Shown here in pieces: positions 1 through 13,162 of a stretch of DNA of 64,000 nucleotides. Source of the DNA: Tubiluchus corallicola. Taxonomy: Eukaryota; Animalia; Priapulida. The position numbers and the translations under genes are program-made. The number at the start of each line of letters is the position of its first letter. Position 1 is the first letter of the stretch. The DNA is taken from positions 186,001-250,000 of the forward strand of contig JAQGDQ010000233.1 in assembly GCA_030141605.1 (NCBI GenBank). Reading direction: 5' to 3'. Under the pieces are notes generated by a model. That model was not told where the DNA came from. It made no database searches and worked only from the letters and a program-made list of their open reading frames with translations.

Positions 1-2902
1 CTTTCCGTGGAGACCCCCCGCTAACTCAACAACTGATCCCAAAACACGCAAGCTGAGTACTGCAGCTCCGCCGAGTTTATAATTAATTTAGCTCGGAAAA
101 TTTCTGAAATTATCTAATTAAGCAATTAATTTCGATCTCATACTACGTGGTGTAATATTAAGTTTACTTTGCATTAACATTCAAAGTGTCAAAAAGCTGT
201 CACGAAAATTGCTCGAGCGAAGTCTGTGTACGTCGCGCATCTAATTCGATTAAAATAAATATTGATTAAAGAATGTATTAATTTTCTTTTTCATAATCGT
301 TGTTTGTGAAATTGTGTTACCAAAATCATTTGTTTTGGCTCGGTGCCATCAATATTAAACAAAAGTCAAAAACTCGTTTTTCTGAGTTTTGTATTAAAAT
401 ATTTTGATAGAAATAAAATATTAAAGAAATGATATTTTGGCTATGTCAGAATACTACCTATCTGTTTTTCTTTCTCCTTTTGGTTGAGCACATTTACTTA
501 ATAACGGCTTTCAAAAACGCAGTTTAAAAGGTTAAGAAATCGATTCGCTCGTTATGCCTCTCTTCTGTCTATCATTACACAAAATATGCGTAAAAGCTGT
601 GATGGCAAAACACTATTGATATTGCTGATGCATTGTAAATAAATCATCGTAAATGGAAATTAATTTTTGCCGCTGTAGAAATCCAAGAACATAATTACCA
701 AAAAAACAAATTCATATTTAATAACCCTGTATTTATAATAAATTTTTGTGTGAATAAATTTTCCATCGTAATTAATAAGTGAGTAAGTAAGTGAGTAAGA
801 AACAAACAAAACAAGCATGGTATGTTAATCTCTTTTTAATTAGTACATAAACAAAATTTAGCCTAAGTATTGAATTCCAATATTGTATTGCACAATGCTT
901 GGTGATTTATCAATGTTGGTGAGCTATATAGACACTGTACAATAACTAGGCTGAGATAATGATTATTTATGAATGAACCGAGGGTTTATCTCAAGTTATT
1001 AATGATGTGCTCAAGATGCCTGTTAGCTTAGCTGATAAACAAGGAATTCCTAAATTAATGAGAAAAATGGCGATAACTAGCTAAAATCTCACAAGAAACA
1101 CTCTCGTCGACAACCGCGAAGTTACAATAAACTCATTTTCTTGTAAAAATTATAGCAGCGTTCATTAATTATATAGTTACGCAATTAATAAAATAATTGA
1201 CAACTGCACGATCAAATAATGACATAGAGCCTGTTTTGGGAAAATTACACGCTAATTAAGTTTGAATCTGAAGGGTTACAAAATGAAGAGACTAAACTTA
1301 AGCGGTCCAAAAACACGCTAGACATTCTCAAGGTTATTATTTATTATTTTTTACCATTTATTCGTATATGTTTAGCGCAAACAATACAATCACATTAGCG
1401 AATTAATACAAAAAAATAATTTATCACTCTTAATAACTTAGCGTCAAGTTATCATCGACTAACGATAGAATAAACCCACAGTTATTAAATTCTGAGAATC
1501 AAACCTAACTGAATGGGAAGAAATGTAAAGACCAGCCGTTCCCTTTCACATTTCGTCCCTTTTCGGCTAGGTTCGGGTAAAAACATTTATTAATTGTGTT
1601 TTTGGGTGCTACAGAGTTTACTATCAATCTTCTATGTGAATAAAATAGCTGTGAATGCGTACTGGTAACGGAATTTAAGCAATGCTGGGTATGACTGCTA
1701 TATTAAGATCTACTAAGAGCGGCATAAAAATTAATTGTAAAAACGATAAATTGATCTATTCTTACTAAGAATTCATGCATACTATTACATGAGAACTTCC
1801 ATGCTATTTATTTCAGGTTACAAAAGCTGCCCAACTATGCGCGAGACATAAATTTACTTTTAGCTACTTTTTTGCTTAATTAATAATTTTGTGATAGATA
1901 TGATGAGTTAGGCCAATTAACTAGGTCTTAATTATCGTCTGAAATTACGTGCTCACTAGTGACACATTTTTAATGTTAATTCTAATTTAAAGTGTCTTGC
2001 CAAAACACCAGTAATTGTGTATACTGATAGCAATACAACAATAATTAATGGTATGAATATGATATATGACGCTATAATAAGTTATATGAAGCTCTTTCAG
2101 AAAAAACGTAGCGGGCACTTCAACATCACATACCAATCTAGCGTAAGCTGCCTTAAGCTGGATAACTTTACTTGCACGTATCATATTTGTATACACAAGA
2201 ATAACTATAGTTTCTACAGTCATTAAATGCTGTGGCCACGCAGGTTAATGCATTAGGTAGATATTTCTTTGCCGGCAAAACAATTTCCGACGATTTTTTT
2301 GTCGACGAAAGTAACATTAACTCAAGTGATATGCACTTAATCGGAAATGTTCTGAACGTTCCTGGTTGACAACGTACGTTTTGAAATATTCTTGCTTTAA
2401 AAGAATCTGCACAGCTTGAGACGTATAATATATTCCTAAATAATAGCCAAAAATAGGAGTTAAAACAGCGGCGTCACATGAATCGTGTCAAACGTGGGAA
2501 GCAACCTACCCAGCTTGCAAACAACAATAAAAGTAATTTACGGGAAATGAGGATAGGAGTTGCCGCTTTCGCACCCAAAACGAACCAATCTAGTTACTTT
2601 GTATAGCATTATGCTCTGTTAATTAGGAGAGTACAATAAGTCCACCCATGGGCAAAACAAATCGTCACGCTGAGTTGTTGACCAATGTAAACGTTACAAG
2701 CAGCTGACTAAAAATCGTCGGAAAAGGCAAGATAAAGGTGAGGAAAAAAAACGTAATTCAGTACTGTACCACTGCAATTTGTCAAGGAGACTGACACAAA
2801 AAACCTGCGGACGTGGTAGCCACTAGAAAAACAGAATACTCTAAAAGAGTTACAAGAGTAATATAAGAGTTATCATTACGAGAGTTATCATGCTAAGTTA
2901 CA

Positions 2903-5330
2903 TTAATGTAGTTGGCATACGTAGCAATCGGGTAGATTACATGAGTCATTATAGGAAGAGAGATAATGCTGTTTTAATTCTTTAACAATGCAACTTAAGC
3001 CATAATTCTTACTGTTAAACGACTTAAATTTAATATTACTGGGGAATTTATTGATCATATTAGGAACAGTGTATGTGAGAGACTGCTCAGCATATTTGGG
3101 TGTTTTACAATAATGCATCTGTAACTGTTGTCTTGTAAGATAATAATGGACATTGAAGTTATAAACCAGTGGCAAACTTTTATGATACATTGGTAAAAAC
3201 TCCTTTACGTATTTATAATAATATTTCGCAATAGCGACAGAATAAACATCTTTAATCTTTAGAATTATTAACATTTTAAATATAGGATCTGTATGAGCAT
3301 TATATTTAACACAAGTCATTGCTCTTACAATTTTTTGAGCGATTTTTCTATTCTATTACACTTGGATCCCCACAAGAGTAGTCCACAATTAATATGACAG
3401 CTAACAAGACAAGCATATATTTTCATTTTGATTGAAAGAGGTAAGAAATGGTTTAGTCTATTAATTATTTCAAAGGCATTACAAATCTTTTTATTTAAGA
3501 CATCTGTATGAGCAGACCAAGACAAATGTTCATCGATGACTATCCCCAGAAATTTAAACGACGTAACACGTTTAATTTCAATGTCACTAATTTTAACATC
3601 TAAGGCTGGTATCCGTTTGTTTATAGTATGAAAAATCATATATTTTGTTTTAGAAATGCTTTAGTTTATTAATTATTCCAAGAGCATTACAAATCTTTTT
3701 ATTTAAGACATCTGTATGAGCAGACCAAGACAAATGTTCATCGATGACTATCCCCAGAAATTTATACGACGTAACATGTTTAATTTCAATGTCACTAACT
3801 TTAAGAACTAAGGCTGGTATCCGTTTGTTTATAGTATGGAAAATTATATATTTTGTTTCAGAAATGCTTTAGTTTATTAATTATTCCAAGAGCATTAAGT
3901 TTTAGTTATGTTTAAAGAAAGTTTGTTTTCCAATTACCGATTTGTTAACTTTTTGTTGATAACGATTTGTAATTCTTTGTTTATCAAGACATTTAACTGT
4001 TCATCGTCACAGTTAACATTTGGGTTATGTACGACTGAAGTTGTAAGAAGTGATATATCATCTGCATATAACACATATTTCAAGTATTCTGAAGTACGTG
4101 TTATGTCACTTAAATAAATAATAAACAAAAGTGGATCTAAAATGGATCCTTGCGGGACACCTATATTTATTGGGAGAACATCAGATATCATACACAACAT
4201 ATTGCTTACGATTTCTTAAGTAACTTTCTAAAAATACTATTGCATGCTCATTTAAGACATAATTTTTCAATTTATAAAGAAGAACATCACGATCTAATGT
4301 CTCAAAGGCTTTGGTTAAATCGAGAAATATCCCAACCGGGGCTTTGCCAGACACCATAGCCTCTAATTCTGTTGAGTTTACAAATTCCAGTGTTGCTAAT
4401 TCTGTTGAGTGTTGAGGTCTAAAACCATGCTGTGCTGAATATAACAGGTTATTACTTGTGAAATAGTCAAAAAGTTGATTAAACATTATTCTTTTGAGGA
4501 TCTTTGAAACAGTATGCAAAATGGAGATTGGTATATAGTTGCTAATTAATTGTTTTTCATTTTTTTTATAAATGAGCGTAACTTTTGCTAATTTTAGTGA
4601 ATCGGGAAAAGTCCGTAGACCAAGATATTGATTAAATACGACTGTAAATGAATCAGTCAAAACGCCTTCTAAATCTTTTAAAAGTTTGGTAGATATACCA
4701 CCAAAACCGCAGCCGCAGCTTGTTTTGGAGTTTAGACTTTGAATAACATTATTTACTTTGTCTGAGGTTACTTCCTTAAAATTAAAGGATAAGTCATTCT
4801 GTACTGCTAAGTATTGTTGAAAACCGTCATTTGCACACTTCAACTTTTCAACTTCAACCAATGGTCAAAAAATATTCTTTGAATTTATTTGCGATTACTG
4901 TTTTGTTGTGCTCCTTTCTGCCTTCTATAAACATATATTCAGGAAAAGTTTGCTTGTTATTCGTTTTGCTTATTATTTCATTTATACATCTCCATATTTT
5001 ATGTAGATCTGTACAGTAAATCGTAAAATAGTTAGTGTAGTACTTGTGTTTAGAAGTACGAATCAATTTCTATTGTAATTTATTTTATTGTAAGTGCTGA
5101 TATTAACTTTGTAAGTATGCAGTTCTGGTGAATATATGGGTTACGAGCGATAAGTTTTACACATTTGATCCCTTATTTTTATGGACATAATAATACCTTT
5201 AATAACCGGTTTCGTGGATGTTTATGCTTACGAAATTTCACTTTTCTGACTTTACTTTACTTATATATTAGTGGTATATCACTATATTTTGAGTACAATA
5301 GACAGCGAGAGTTGACTTGTAAGCTTCTGC
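2903..5330 (-). mobile_element. Degenerate L2/CR1-group LINE ORF2 (reverse transcriptase), frameshifted and 5'-truncated
   Basis: Successive minus-strand ORF fragments carry RT motifs in order: FPDSLKLAKVTLIYKK, QHGFRPQHSTELA, GIFLDLTKAFETLD, GVPQGSILDPLLF, YVLYADD, FKFLGIVIDEHLSWSAH, AHTDPIFKML and a C-terminal CNLPDCYVC. Multiple stops and frameshifts. Confidence 0.93.
3476..3897. repeat. ~208-bp head-to-tail tandem duplication inside the LINE
   Basis: gcattacaaatctttttatttaagacatctg... starts at 3476 and again at 3684; the copies differ at only a handful of positions. Confidence 0.95.
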
Positions 5331-5368
5331 ACCTTTTTGTGAGGTATCTAGAATGCACATTAAAATAA

Positions 5369-5550
5369 TTGAACTGAATTGAATTGAAATTTATTTTTTC
5401 CATCGTACTACAATATATACAATAACCACATCCAGTCTACAATAAGAATACAATGGTATATACAGATAAATAGGGCCTCGTAGTTATTAATGCAAGTTAA
5501 GGGGAGAGAGATAACGAGCTGACCAAATGGTCATCTAGTCAGCTATCTTT
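5369..5550 (-). mobile_element. 3' tail/UTR of a non-LTR retroelement
   Basis: Minus strand ends AAATAAA-TTTCAATTCAATTCAGTTCAA (short tandem-repeat tail). A 26-nt core (5521-5546) recurs in the opposite orientation at 63767-63792 with 25/26 identity. Confidence 0.5.
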
Positions 5551-6499
5551 TTCATATAAACAGAATGGTGAATAATCACAGGCAACACTATTGAAGTCCA
5601 AGGACCTGTCAAGTCAAAGTAAATTAATTTTAATTTCAGTTTAAATTGCTGAATTAGTAATTTGTAAGTAACTGAAGTACCTAGCATATCCGGAGTTGCA
5701 GTATAGTACTGAAGTTTGGGTGGATATTTGAACGTTTAATTGAACAAAATTACAGTTTATTAACTTAAGTGCCAGAAAAAACGAATTGTGCTTTTGCGTG
5801 TAACACTGCATGAACAATGGGACATACAAGAGAGATCAACAATTAGACTAACAGATAATTAATTGAAAAAGAGGCGCTAAAAATTATAAGTCAACCAAGA
5901 TTTGAACTCAAAACTGTGCTTTCATGGCACAGAATTGTTGTTACATGGCATACCGACTCAGCACCGCAAAGCTGATTTGAGGTTTCACCGTTGCAGTACA
6001 CGCGCACACGAGTACATGTGAACACCTGACTTATATAAGTTAAAGCTCTTTCGTTTTTGATCTGGTGAAAATTGATGCATTATTGAATCTAGACAAAGCC
6101 AGTATTACTGTTTTGTCCTAATGCAATACTCTTTCGGGTAAGGTAAGGGAGTATTGTTGTCATGTTCAGGACATGCTGTAGCATTAACTCCAAATTAATT
6201 GCAATTACGACCTTTCTCCATGTTAATTGCAATCAGCGGGATTTGCCGTTTGCCTTCTATAATTTCGGTCATAAATTCAATCAGTGTCTTATAGTGAAGG
6301 ATAACATAAATGGAGCAGCACAAATAGAAAAGGATAAGCCATAAATTGTGCCGAAGGGAATACGTTATAGTTACTTTTGTGCTTGGCTTCGAATAAAATA
6401 TAAAAATATTGAAAGAGAGCATAAGAGTTTAGTGTTTACAATATTACAATATTTTCATATTAGAGGCACGAATTTATATATTAATACTGTCACGTAATT

Positions 6500-7325
6500 C
6501 AGTTGCATTATATACAAAGTTGACTATAATTTTAAGAACATCTAAGCCCTTCTGACGCATTAAAAATTTTAATTTCTCTTGCTCAGGTATAACAGCAAAA
6601 GTAGGTACAAATTGTTTCAGTTTTTTATATAAGCTAGATTTAAAGTCGTCATATAAAGTGCAATGTTATATAAAATGAAGTTCATCCTCTACTTCCAACT
6701 TTACGCAATATTGATTGTTCGATTCCCCCTTTGGATTTTTTTAGGTTTCTGAGAACTTATTCTAAGTTTAGTGAATTTTGTTATTAACTTTTTGTCAAGT
6801 CCAGACAACAAGTAGTTTTTCATTTTATATTGGGTCTTAAAGGTTCTGTGAGTTCTTAACCTATTTTGTCCGTCTTTTCTATTACGTCTACAGAGTTCCA
6901 TTTTCCATGAGTTAATATAATCGTTTTAAAATTTTTCTTCGATTATATCGATTAGGTTTTTTGTGTTAATAAAAGTTTCGCCATACATCAGATTATTTTA
7001 CGAATGTGTAGCCCAACAATAAGGTTGACCCAACAAATTAACCAAACAAGTTCCCCATAATAACAATTAAGATTCTTTTTTACCTGTCTTGTTAAATATT
7101 ATTATTTCGGCTTTTTTGTATTAACGGCTAAACCTCATCTATTACAGTATTCCTCTAACCTATTAATTGAGTACGGAAGCCCGTCTTTAGTAGACGAGAT
7201 TAAAACCATATCATCAGCATAAAGTAAACAGTTAACTTTAGTATATTATTATACTTTATTATATAAATAAACTGGATTACTATATGAGGGGTAAAAAGTT
7301 CTGGTATATCGTTTACAAACTCTTT
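6500..7325 (-). mobile_element. Degenerate LINE ORF2 fragments (RTE-X-like), internally deleted
   Basis: Minus strand gives FVNDIPE (~7300), KVNCLLYADDMVLISS (~7195-7240), LRTHRTFK..KNYL..KFTKLRISS (6701-6901) and an EVEDELHF..HC.LY zinc-finger-like C-terminal motif. Clade assignment is from memory of the motif. Confidence 0.75.
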
Positions 7326-7662
7326 CGTGAACTTTCGCGTCTTTCCTTGCCTTTTTATTAAAAAAATAATTTAATATTTTTTAGATACTCGCATAATTAC
7401 ATCATTAGATGCCTCATTTCAGTCACCTATAATACTGAAACTATTAGCTGCTATCTGAATTCTTCGAAACTTCTAATGTGTGGCCAATGAAAGCTGATGA
7501 TAGTTGCACGTTCAGAAAGTGAGAAACCTGGAATTCTTTAGTCTTTAGCGAGTTACTACATTTGTTGTGCTGTTTTTTCACCTGTTTCTATTTCCTTAAC
7601 ATTTCGTCACTTTTTCTCCTGTTTCTATTTTCCTTAACATTACCGTTTTTTTTTCTTTTCAG

Positions 7663-9917
7663 CTGTGTCGGTTGCTGTTAATGCTTACACCTTAGTGGCC
7701 ATTTCAATGGAACGATTCTTTGCCATCTGCCAACCTCTGCACTCGCGCGGGTGGCAAACTCATTCGCACTCATACAAGGTGCTGGCCATCATATGGACGC
7801 TAGCAGCCAGCACGCCACTGCCAATTGCTGTCTTCACCGAGTATATTGAAATGAGTGACGGCAGGCACAAGTGCAGAGAAAAGTGGCCATCTGAATTCGG
7901 TGAAAAGGCGTTCTGGCTAACCATGGATGTTGTGCTGTTTGTCATACCGCTATTAGTGATGACGACAGTGTACACAATTGTTGCTATTACTCTTTGGAAA
8001 GATCATCACGTCACACTACCTACTACAGAACATGGTATGTATGATGGATACTGCACACTTTGCGCACTTTAGTTATTGTGCTGGTTATATTGTGTTGCAT
8101 ATATAGATGCTGGTTATTCTACAACCGTCAATTTCATAAAGGTCACTTCTAATAAGTGATCTCGATGTTTACAAACTTGTAGGGCGTCTGACTTCGGTCA
8201 TCTTTCATAAACGTGAATAGTAAGAGTAAAATCTGAAAATTTGCCGAGCCTTCTTATTAGCAGAAATTTCTTATTATTTCCTGAAAACAACCGGTGAAAA
8301 ATAAGACGGTTATTATGGCATTACACAACAATTCTATTTTCATGAAGTTCGATAAAAATATTAAATTAATACGTTTGGCAGTAGCTTTTAAAGACTATAA
8401 TCAAACGACTTGTAAAGTCTGTCCGGTTTAGCCGATTAGTCAACAGAAAGTGATCCTTCTTCTGAAATTAATGACATTTTTCTTCCATGCTGAATCCTGA
8501 TAGATATTAGCTCCTTGGCACAGTAAGAGTGCGGTGAAAATTTTGTAGTGCAACCGGGCTTGAATCTGTGATTCCCTGGATCAACAAAGACACTGCTATG
8601 CAATCATTAACATTGATGATTCGTTGAAGTGAAGCCCATTTTAATTCTTGTATGACAAACCACTTTCTTGGCGTTTCTGACTGTGCATCAGTTCAATACT
8701 CAAAAAAGCAATTGCATTATGCACTCGAATAATTAAAAGGGAGTGCATAATTTTAGAATTTAGGAATTACATTATTAATGGTAATGTAAAAACACTATTA
8801 ACATTGTCGTCGTTGTCGTCTAGTTGACGTCGTCAATGTCGCCATCGTCGTTGTCATCATCATCATCATCGACATCATGATCGTTATTATCATCTTCATC
8901 TTCTTCTTCTTCTTCTTCTTTATACGATCAAAACGAGGAGAGCAGGGAAATAATAAATATTTAAAAATCAATATTTTTACTCAGTGTTTGTCTGACATGG
9001 ATAATCAATTTCAAAAATTCAAGTAACATAAACTGAAACAAATTAGTGAAATTACACGCGAGAGGAAGCAGTTCATTCATTAAAAAGATGTGACTTCGGA
9101 ATGGCAAGCGGATATTACCAGCTACTATGGCTCAACTGGCTTCAAGGCTCAAGTGGATTCTCCGCATGGCTGAATCGAATTAGTTAATGACTTCTCTAAT
9201 ACGAGTAGACATTAGGAAGTATCACTTATAATGATTTCTATTTTTCTTACAGAACGAAATATGCTGCGCCGATTCAGCGAGTGTAGCACGTACTCGGAAA
9301 TGGTTCGACATCCGGACGCGGAAAACGGAACTTTGCCGCGTCGCTCGTCAAGTCTGGCTTCAAACACCCTCACTAGGATCATCAAGCATCACTCCTCCTT
9401 CGGTCGCATTGACAACACCCGTCCAAGTTTTTCATACGATCCCAGAACGCAGGCAACAAAGAGCCTTATAAACAAGAGAAGAATCATTAAGATGCTGTTT
9501 ATGGTTGTTGCTGAGTTTTTTATATGCTGGACTCCTTTGTATGTAATAAATACTTGGGCGTTGTTTGACCCGGTGTTTGTATACTCTAGTCTCTCACCTG
9601 CAGCAATATCTTATATTCAGCTGCTCGCCTATCTTTCATCTTGTAACAATCCAATCACTTATTGCTTTTTCAATGAAAAATTCAGGGTCGCTTTTCTCAT
9701 CGCGTTTGGATGCAGGGATCGTTCCTCCAGAATAAGCGGGCACACTTCATGCAGTACACATACTGCGAGGAGGCGTCTCAGCGAACCCGTTCCTAATTTG
9801 AAGATAAGCCGAAAAACTCTAAGCGTAGACGATGATGTTAAAGCCAACCGCCACAGCGCAAGTAGTGATACTGCGGTAGGATTGCCTGCCATCAGGGAGG
9901 CAGATCCCATAACTTAA
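7663..9917 (+). CDS. CCKR: Cholecystokinin/sulfakinin-type rhodopsin GPCR, 3' part (TM3-TM7 and C-tail); 5' exon(s) not found in the window
   Basis: Exon 7663-8034 (ttttcag|...VSVAVNAYTLVAISMERFFAICQPL...CREKWP...G|gtatgt) joins in phase 1 to exon 9253-9917 (cttacag|AA...KRRIIKMLFMVVAEFFICWTPLYVINTW...LAYLSSCNNPITYCFFNEKFR...TAA). The TM6/TM7 motifs match the CCK/sulfakinin receptor family. Confidence 0.9.
8805..8920. repeat. Compound trinucleotide microsatellite (GTC)n/(ATC)n/(TTC)n in the GPCR intron
   Basis: Directly visible: gtcgtcgttgtcgtc...catcatcatcatc...ttcttcttcttc. Confidence 0.85.
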
Positions 9918-11364
9918 TTTGAGGCCAGACTTATGTCTCAAAGTTAACTTTACCAAAAGAAACAAAGTCCCAAAATTGCCAACGCAAAGAATATAGTGTA
10001 AAACATCAACGAAATGGTGAATTTTCCAACTACAATTATGCAAAAAATACATATCCCTTATCTCATCTCTTGAAGGAACTTGTGGTTTAACTTAAGTAGC
10101 ACAACTCTAACTTAACAGAAACAAATTTTGCCATAGCGACTAGTCAATAAATTTGGTGATATCAGCATTGCTGAATAAGGCATACTAAGTGGACAATCGC
10201 GGATTCTTCGATGATTCACCAACAGTCGTGAGAACTGACTCATCATTCACCGTTTGCTAATATCAATCTTTTAACTTTGTGCGAGAAAACATATAAAGAG
10301 CCCTGGAGATTATTTTGAACTTTTGTTAATTTATTTTTCATTGTGTATGTTATAGATATTTTCTTATTTATGCTGTTTTGACCTTTTAGCTGTAATTAAA
10401 GCGCAATTTTGTACGTCGAAACAATACACTTACCACGAAAAACAATTTTAGATTTGTAACTACTGTTTATTCGTCACGAAGTAATTCAAGTCTTTTTTAA
10501 AACCGTGTTTATTACTCATACACGAAAGGTGGACATGGACCATAGAGGACATAGAATTTGCTGTAAACCTCTACGGAGTTCCACTCCTCCATCATTCGTA
10601 TGGATTTTGACAACGTGGTATTAAAGGAGACGTACAAAGAGTTTTCAGAAACTGATATTTGACCTTAAAAATGCAATTAAGATCACTGCCCATTAAAATG
10701 TATCCTCATTCTGTAAGTTACCCGAGTTTAACATAAAGATAATTCTTAGTGACAATAATTAATGCAATTAATATAAATGCCACAATAATGAAAATAAACA
10801 CACGACGTTTCAATGCGCTACTGCATTCTGTGTTCTTAATACAGTTCTCTCTTGAATGTGGCTCAGTGCTTTTTGTGGTTTTCCCCAAATGGATCTTATT
10901 TACTGCTACTCTGCAGTTTTTCGATGACTATCCCTTAGTGGTATTTTTGTCTAGTAATTGTTGTGTTTTTTCTACATTATTTTTTCACTTAAAGATGATC
11001 AACAGTGTAGATTGAAACGTTTTATTTTTTCTTTAATTCAAAAATAGTGGTGATTGTTGAAAGGGTCAAAATTTGTTCCCTATCATCAGGTCTCGTTTTA
11101 GCAGAAGCTAATTGTTTAAGCGTATGAACAAATTTATGTAGATACTAGCATACATAATCTACCAGCAAACTTAATTTGTTTTGTGGAAAAGGTTTCATAC
11201 TTACGCGATGCAATAATTATTAAGCAAGACCACGAAGATACAGCTAAGCTTAACCTATAATAATTGCGCGTACATATCAAGCGAGGAAAGGGAGGGAAAG
11301 GAGAGAAAGAGTGGGAAGCAAGTCTTATATAAAGAGACAGAATGATTGAGAGGTAGGTAGGGAA

Positions 11365-11510
<146 letters not shown>

Positions 11511-12492
11511 TGACACAGAGCGAATTTCTAATAATTTAATTATAAGGATTCGTTATATCACTATTAGCGTCTTGACGAATTGAAAAGCGGAATTACAGAG
11601 ACTTATACGGTTCGCCGTGCACATAACCTCAGCAATTATAGCAATCATTGTCGCATACAAGGTTTATAACGTAGTTATTCGCGTTTTTCGACTTGTGACT
11701 AATTCGCAAAACGACTTTCTGCGCTGTCAGATATGCAGTTAGTGTAAGCATCGAGAATTTATCAATCGGAATAGATGTCCAAAGTTAGATAAAGATTCAT
11801 GAAGTCTGTCTTAATCAGGAGTGGTAAATACATTTATTTTATGCATTCCTGCGCCACTAATCTCACACTCTGTGCTTATCAAAAAATAATTAATTACCAT
11901 ATTAAAAGTATAGCATGTCTACATTATAAAAGAAGATAGTGATTATATTATAAAAGGCAGTGATTTAAAAGTATAGCAGGCCTACATTATAAAAGACAAC
12001 AACTCCTGAACGCAATATGTAAAATCTAACTGGTCAAATGTATGGCGTCAACACACAAAACGTCCATGAGTAATAATATAAAGACTGGCACGTTGCAGGC
12101 GATGAATGGGCATCTACTTTTAATTAGAAACGTTGGCAGTTAGCACACTTTCCTCAATGTGATTAGAAAGTAAATGCGCGAATACCAATGAAATAAGTGA
12201 AAAGTAAAAAAGAGGAAAGCCAGAGACTTTCAGGCAGACAGAGAAGTGAAGGTAGAAAAAGAGAGATATAGAGAGAATCGAGAAACAGAGAGAAAAAGTG
12301 CAAGATAAGAAAGAAAGATAAGAAAAGAGGGTATCAAAACATGCACAATGATACCTTTGGCGCTGCTAACAATAACATCGACATTCATGATGATAAGACG
12401 CTCTAACAATATGATAACTTCTAATAAAGTAAAGAAATCACTGCTAGGAATCAAAATGCATGTAAAACATGACAAATTAATATTTGAAGCAA

Positions 12493-12498
12493 TTTATT
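12493..12498 (-). terminator. Candidate polyadenylation signal (AATAAA) of the SLC36 gene
   Basis: TTTATT on + at the end of an A-rich (U-rich in mRNA) stretch ~670 nt downstream of the stop codon. Confidence 0.4.
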
Positions 12499-13162
12499 AA
12501 AGACACAAAACCAACAAAACAATTGGCCTTTGACATAACGTTTTTCCTAATTAATATTAATGATCATATTCAACCTCAATAGAAACAAATGATTGCAAAT
12601 GAAGCAATTGGTCATAGATAATTTTAGTCTTCATTTAAATACTACTTGAAATGTCTCAATATATTACAGCAAAATGAGTTATCCTAAAAGCTTTGCTTCA
12701 CATTTATGACAAACATTAATTTACTAATGTCACATCAGCTTTTATCATTAAAACTACAAAAACTTACATTTAATGCCTGATTAATAATAACAATACTGAC
12801 TGAAAGAAAGTAATATGGCTTATCACTTCCGCTCTGTAGCATTTCTCTGAAATACACTTTATGAAGTTGTCGAATGCCTAACACAAATTCAAGTGCAATC
12901 CCAAAATTTGAACAATTCTACAACAAAAATAAGTGACAAGTGATTTGAATTTCATAGCGCAAACTAAATTTACATCACAATTTTCCAAAATATAATCTTA
13001 TATGTGTTACAAAACATTTTGGATTATCTACACAATACAGAAACTGCCAGCAGCAACACAAATTATTTCAAAAAATTTTGCACAAATAATACAAATTATG
13101 AAAAATAAAATTTAAATGTTTGCATGATAACTGTAATAGCAAAATTAGTTAGATAGCATTAC

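Noticed and set aside
1519-1531. GAAATGTAAAGA resembling miR-1
   Set aside because: The seed and 3' half do not match UGGAAUGUAAAGAAGUAUG.
2231-2823. Possible MITE bounded by gtggc...gcaggtt / aacctgc...gccac
   Set aside because: The inverted matches are short and gapped, there is no TSD, and the right end may simply be the LINE 3' UTR.
8500-8600. B-box-like motifs here and at ~5900, ~18405 and ~26640 as tRNA genes
   Set aside because: No complete cloverleaf can be drawn; more likely decayed tRNA-derived SINE heads.
7760-10052. Minus-strand ORFs 7760-7975, 9659-9910 and 9819-10052
   Set aside because: Antisense shadows of the GPCR exons with no recognisable motif.
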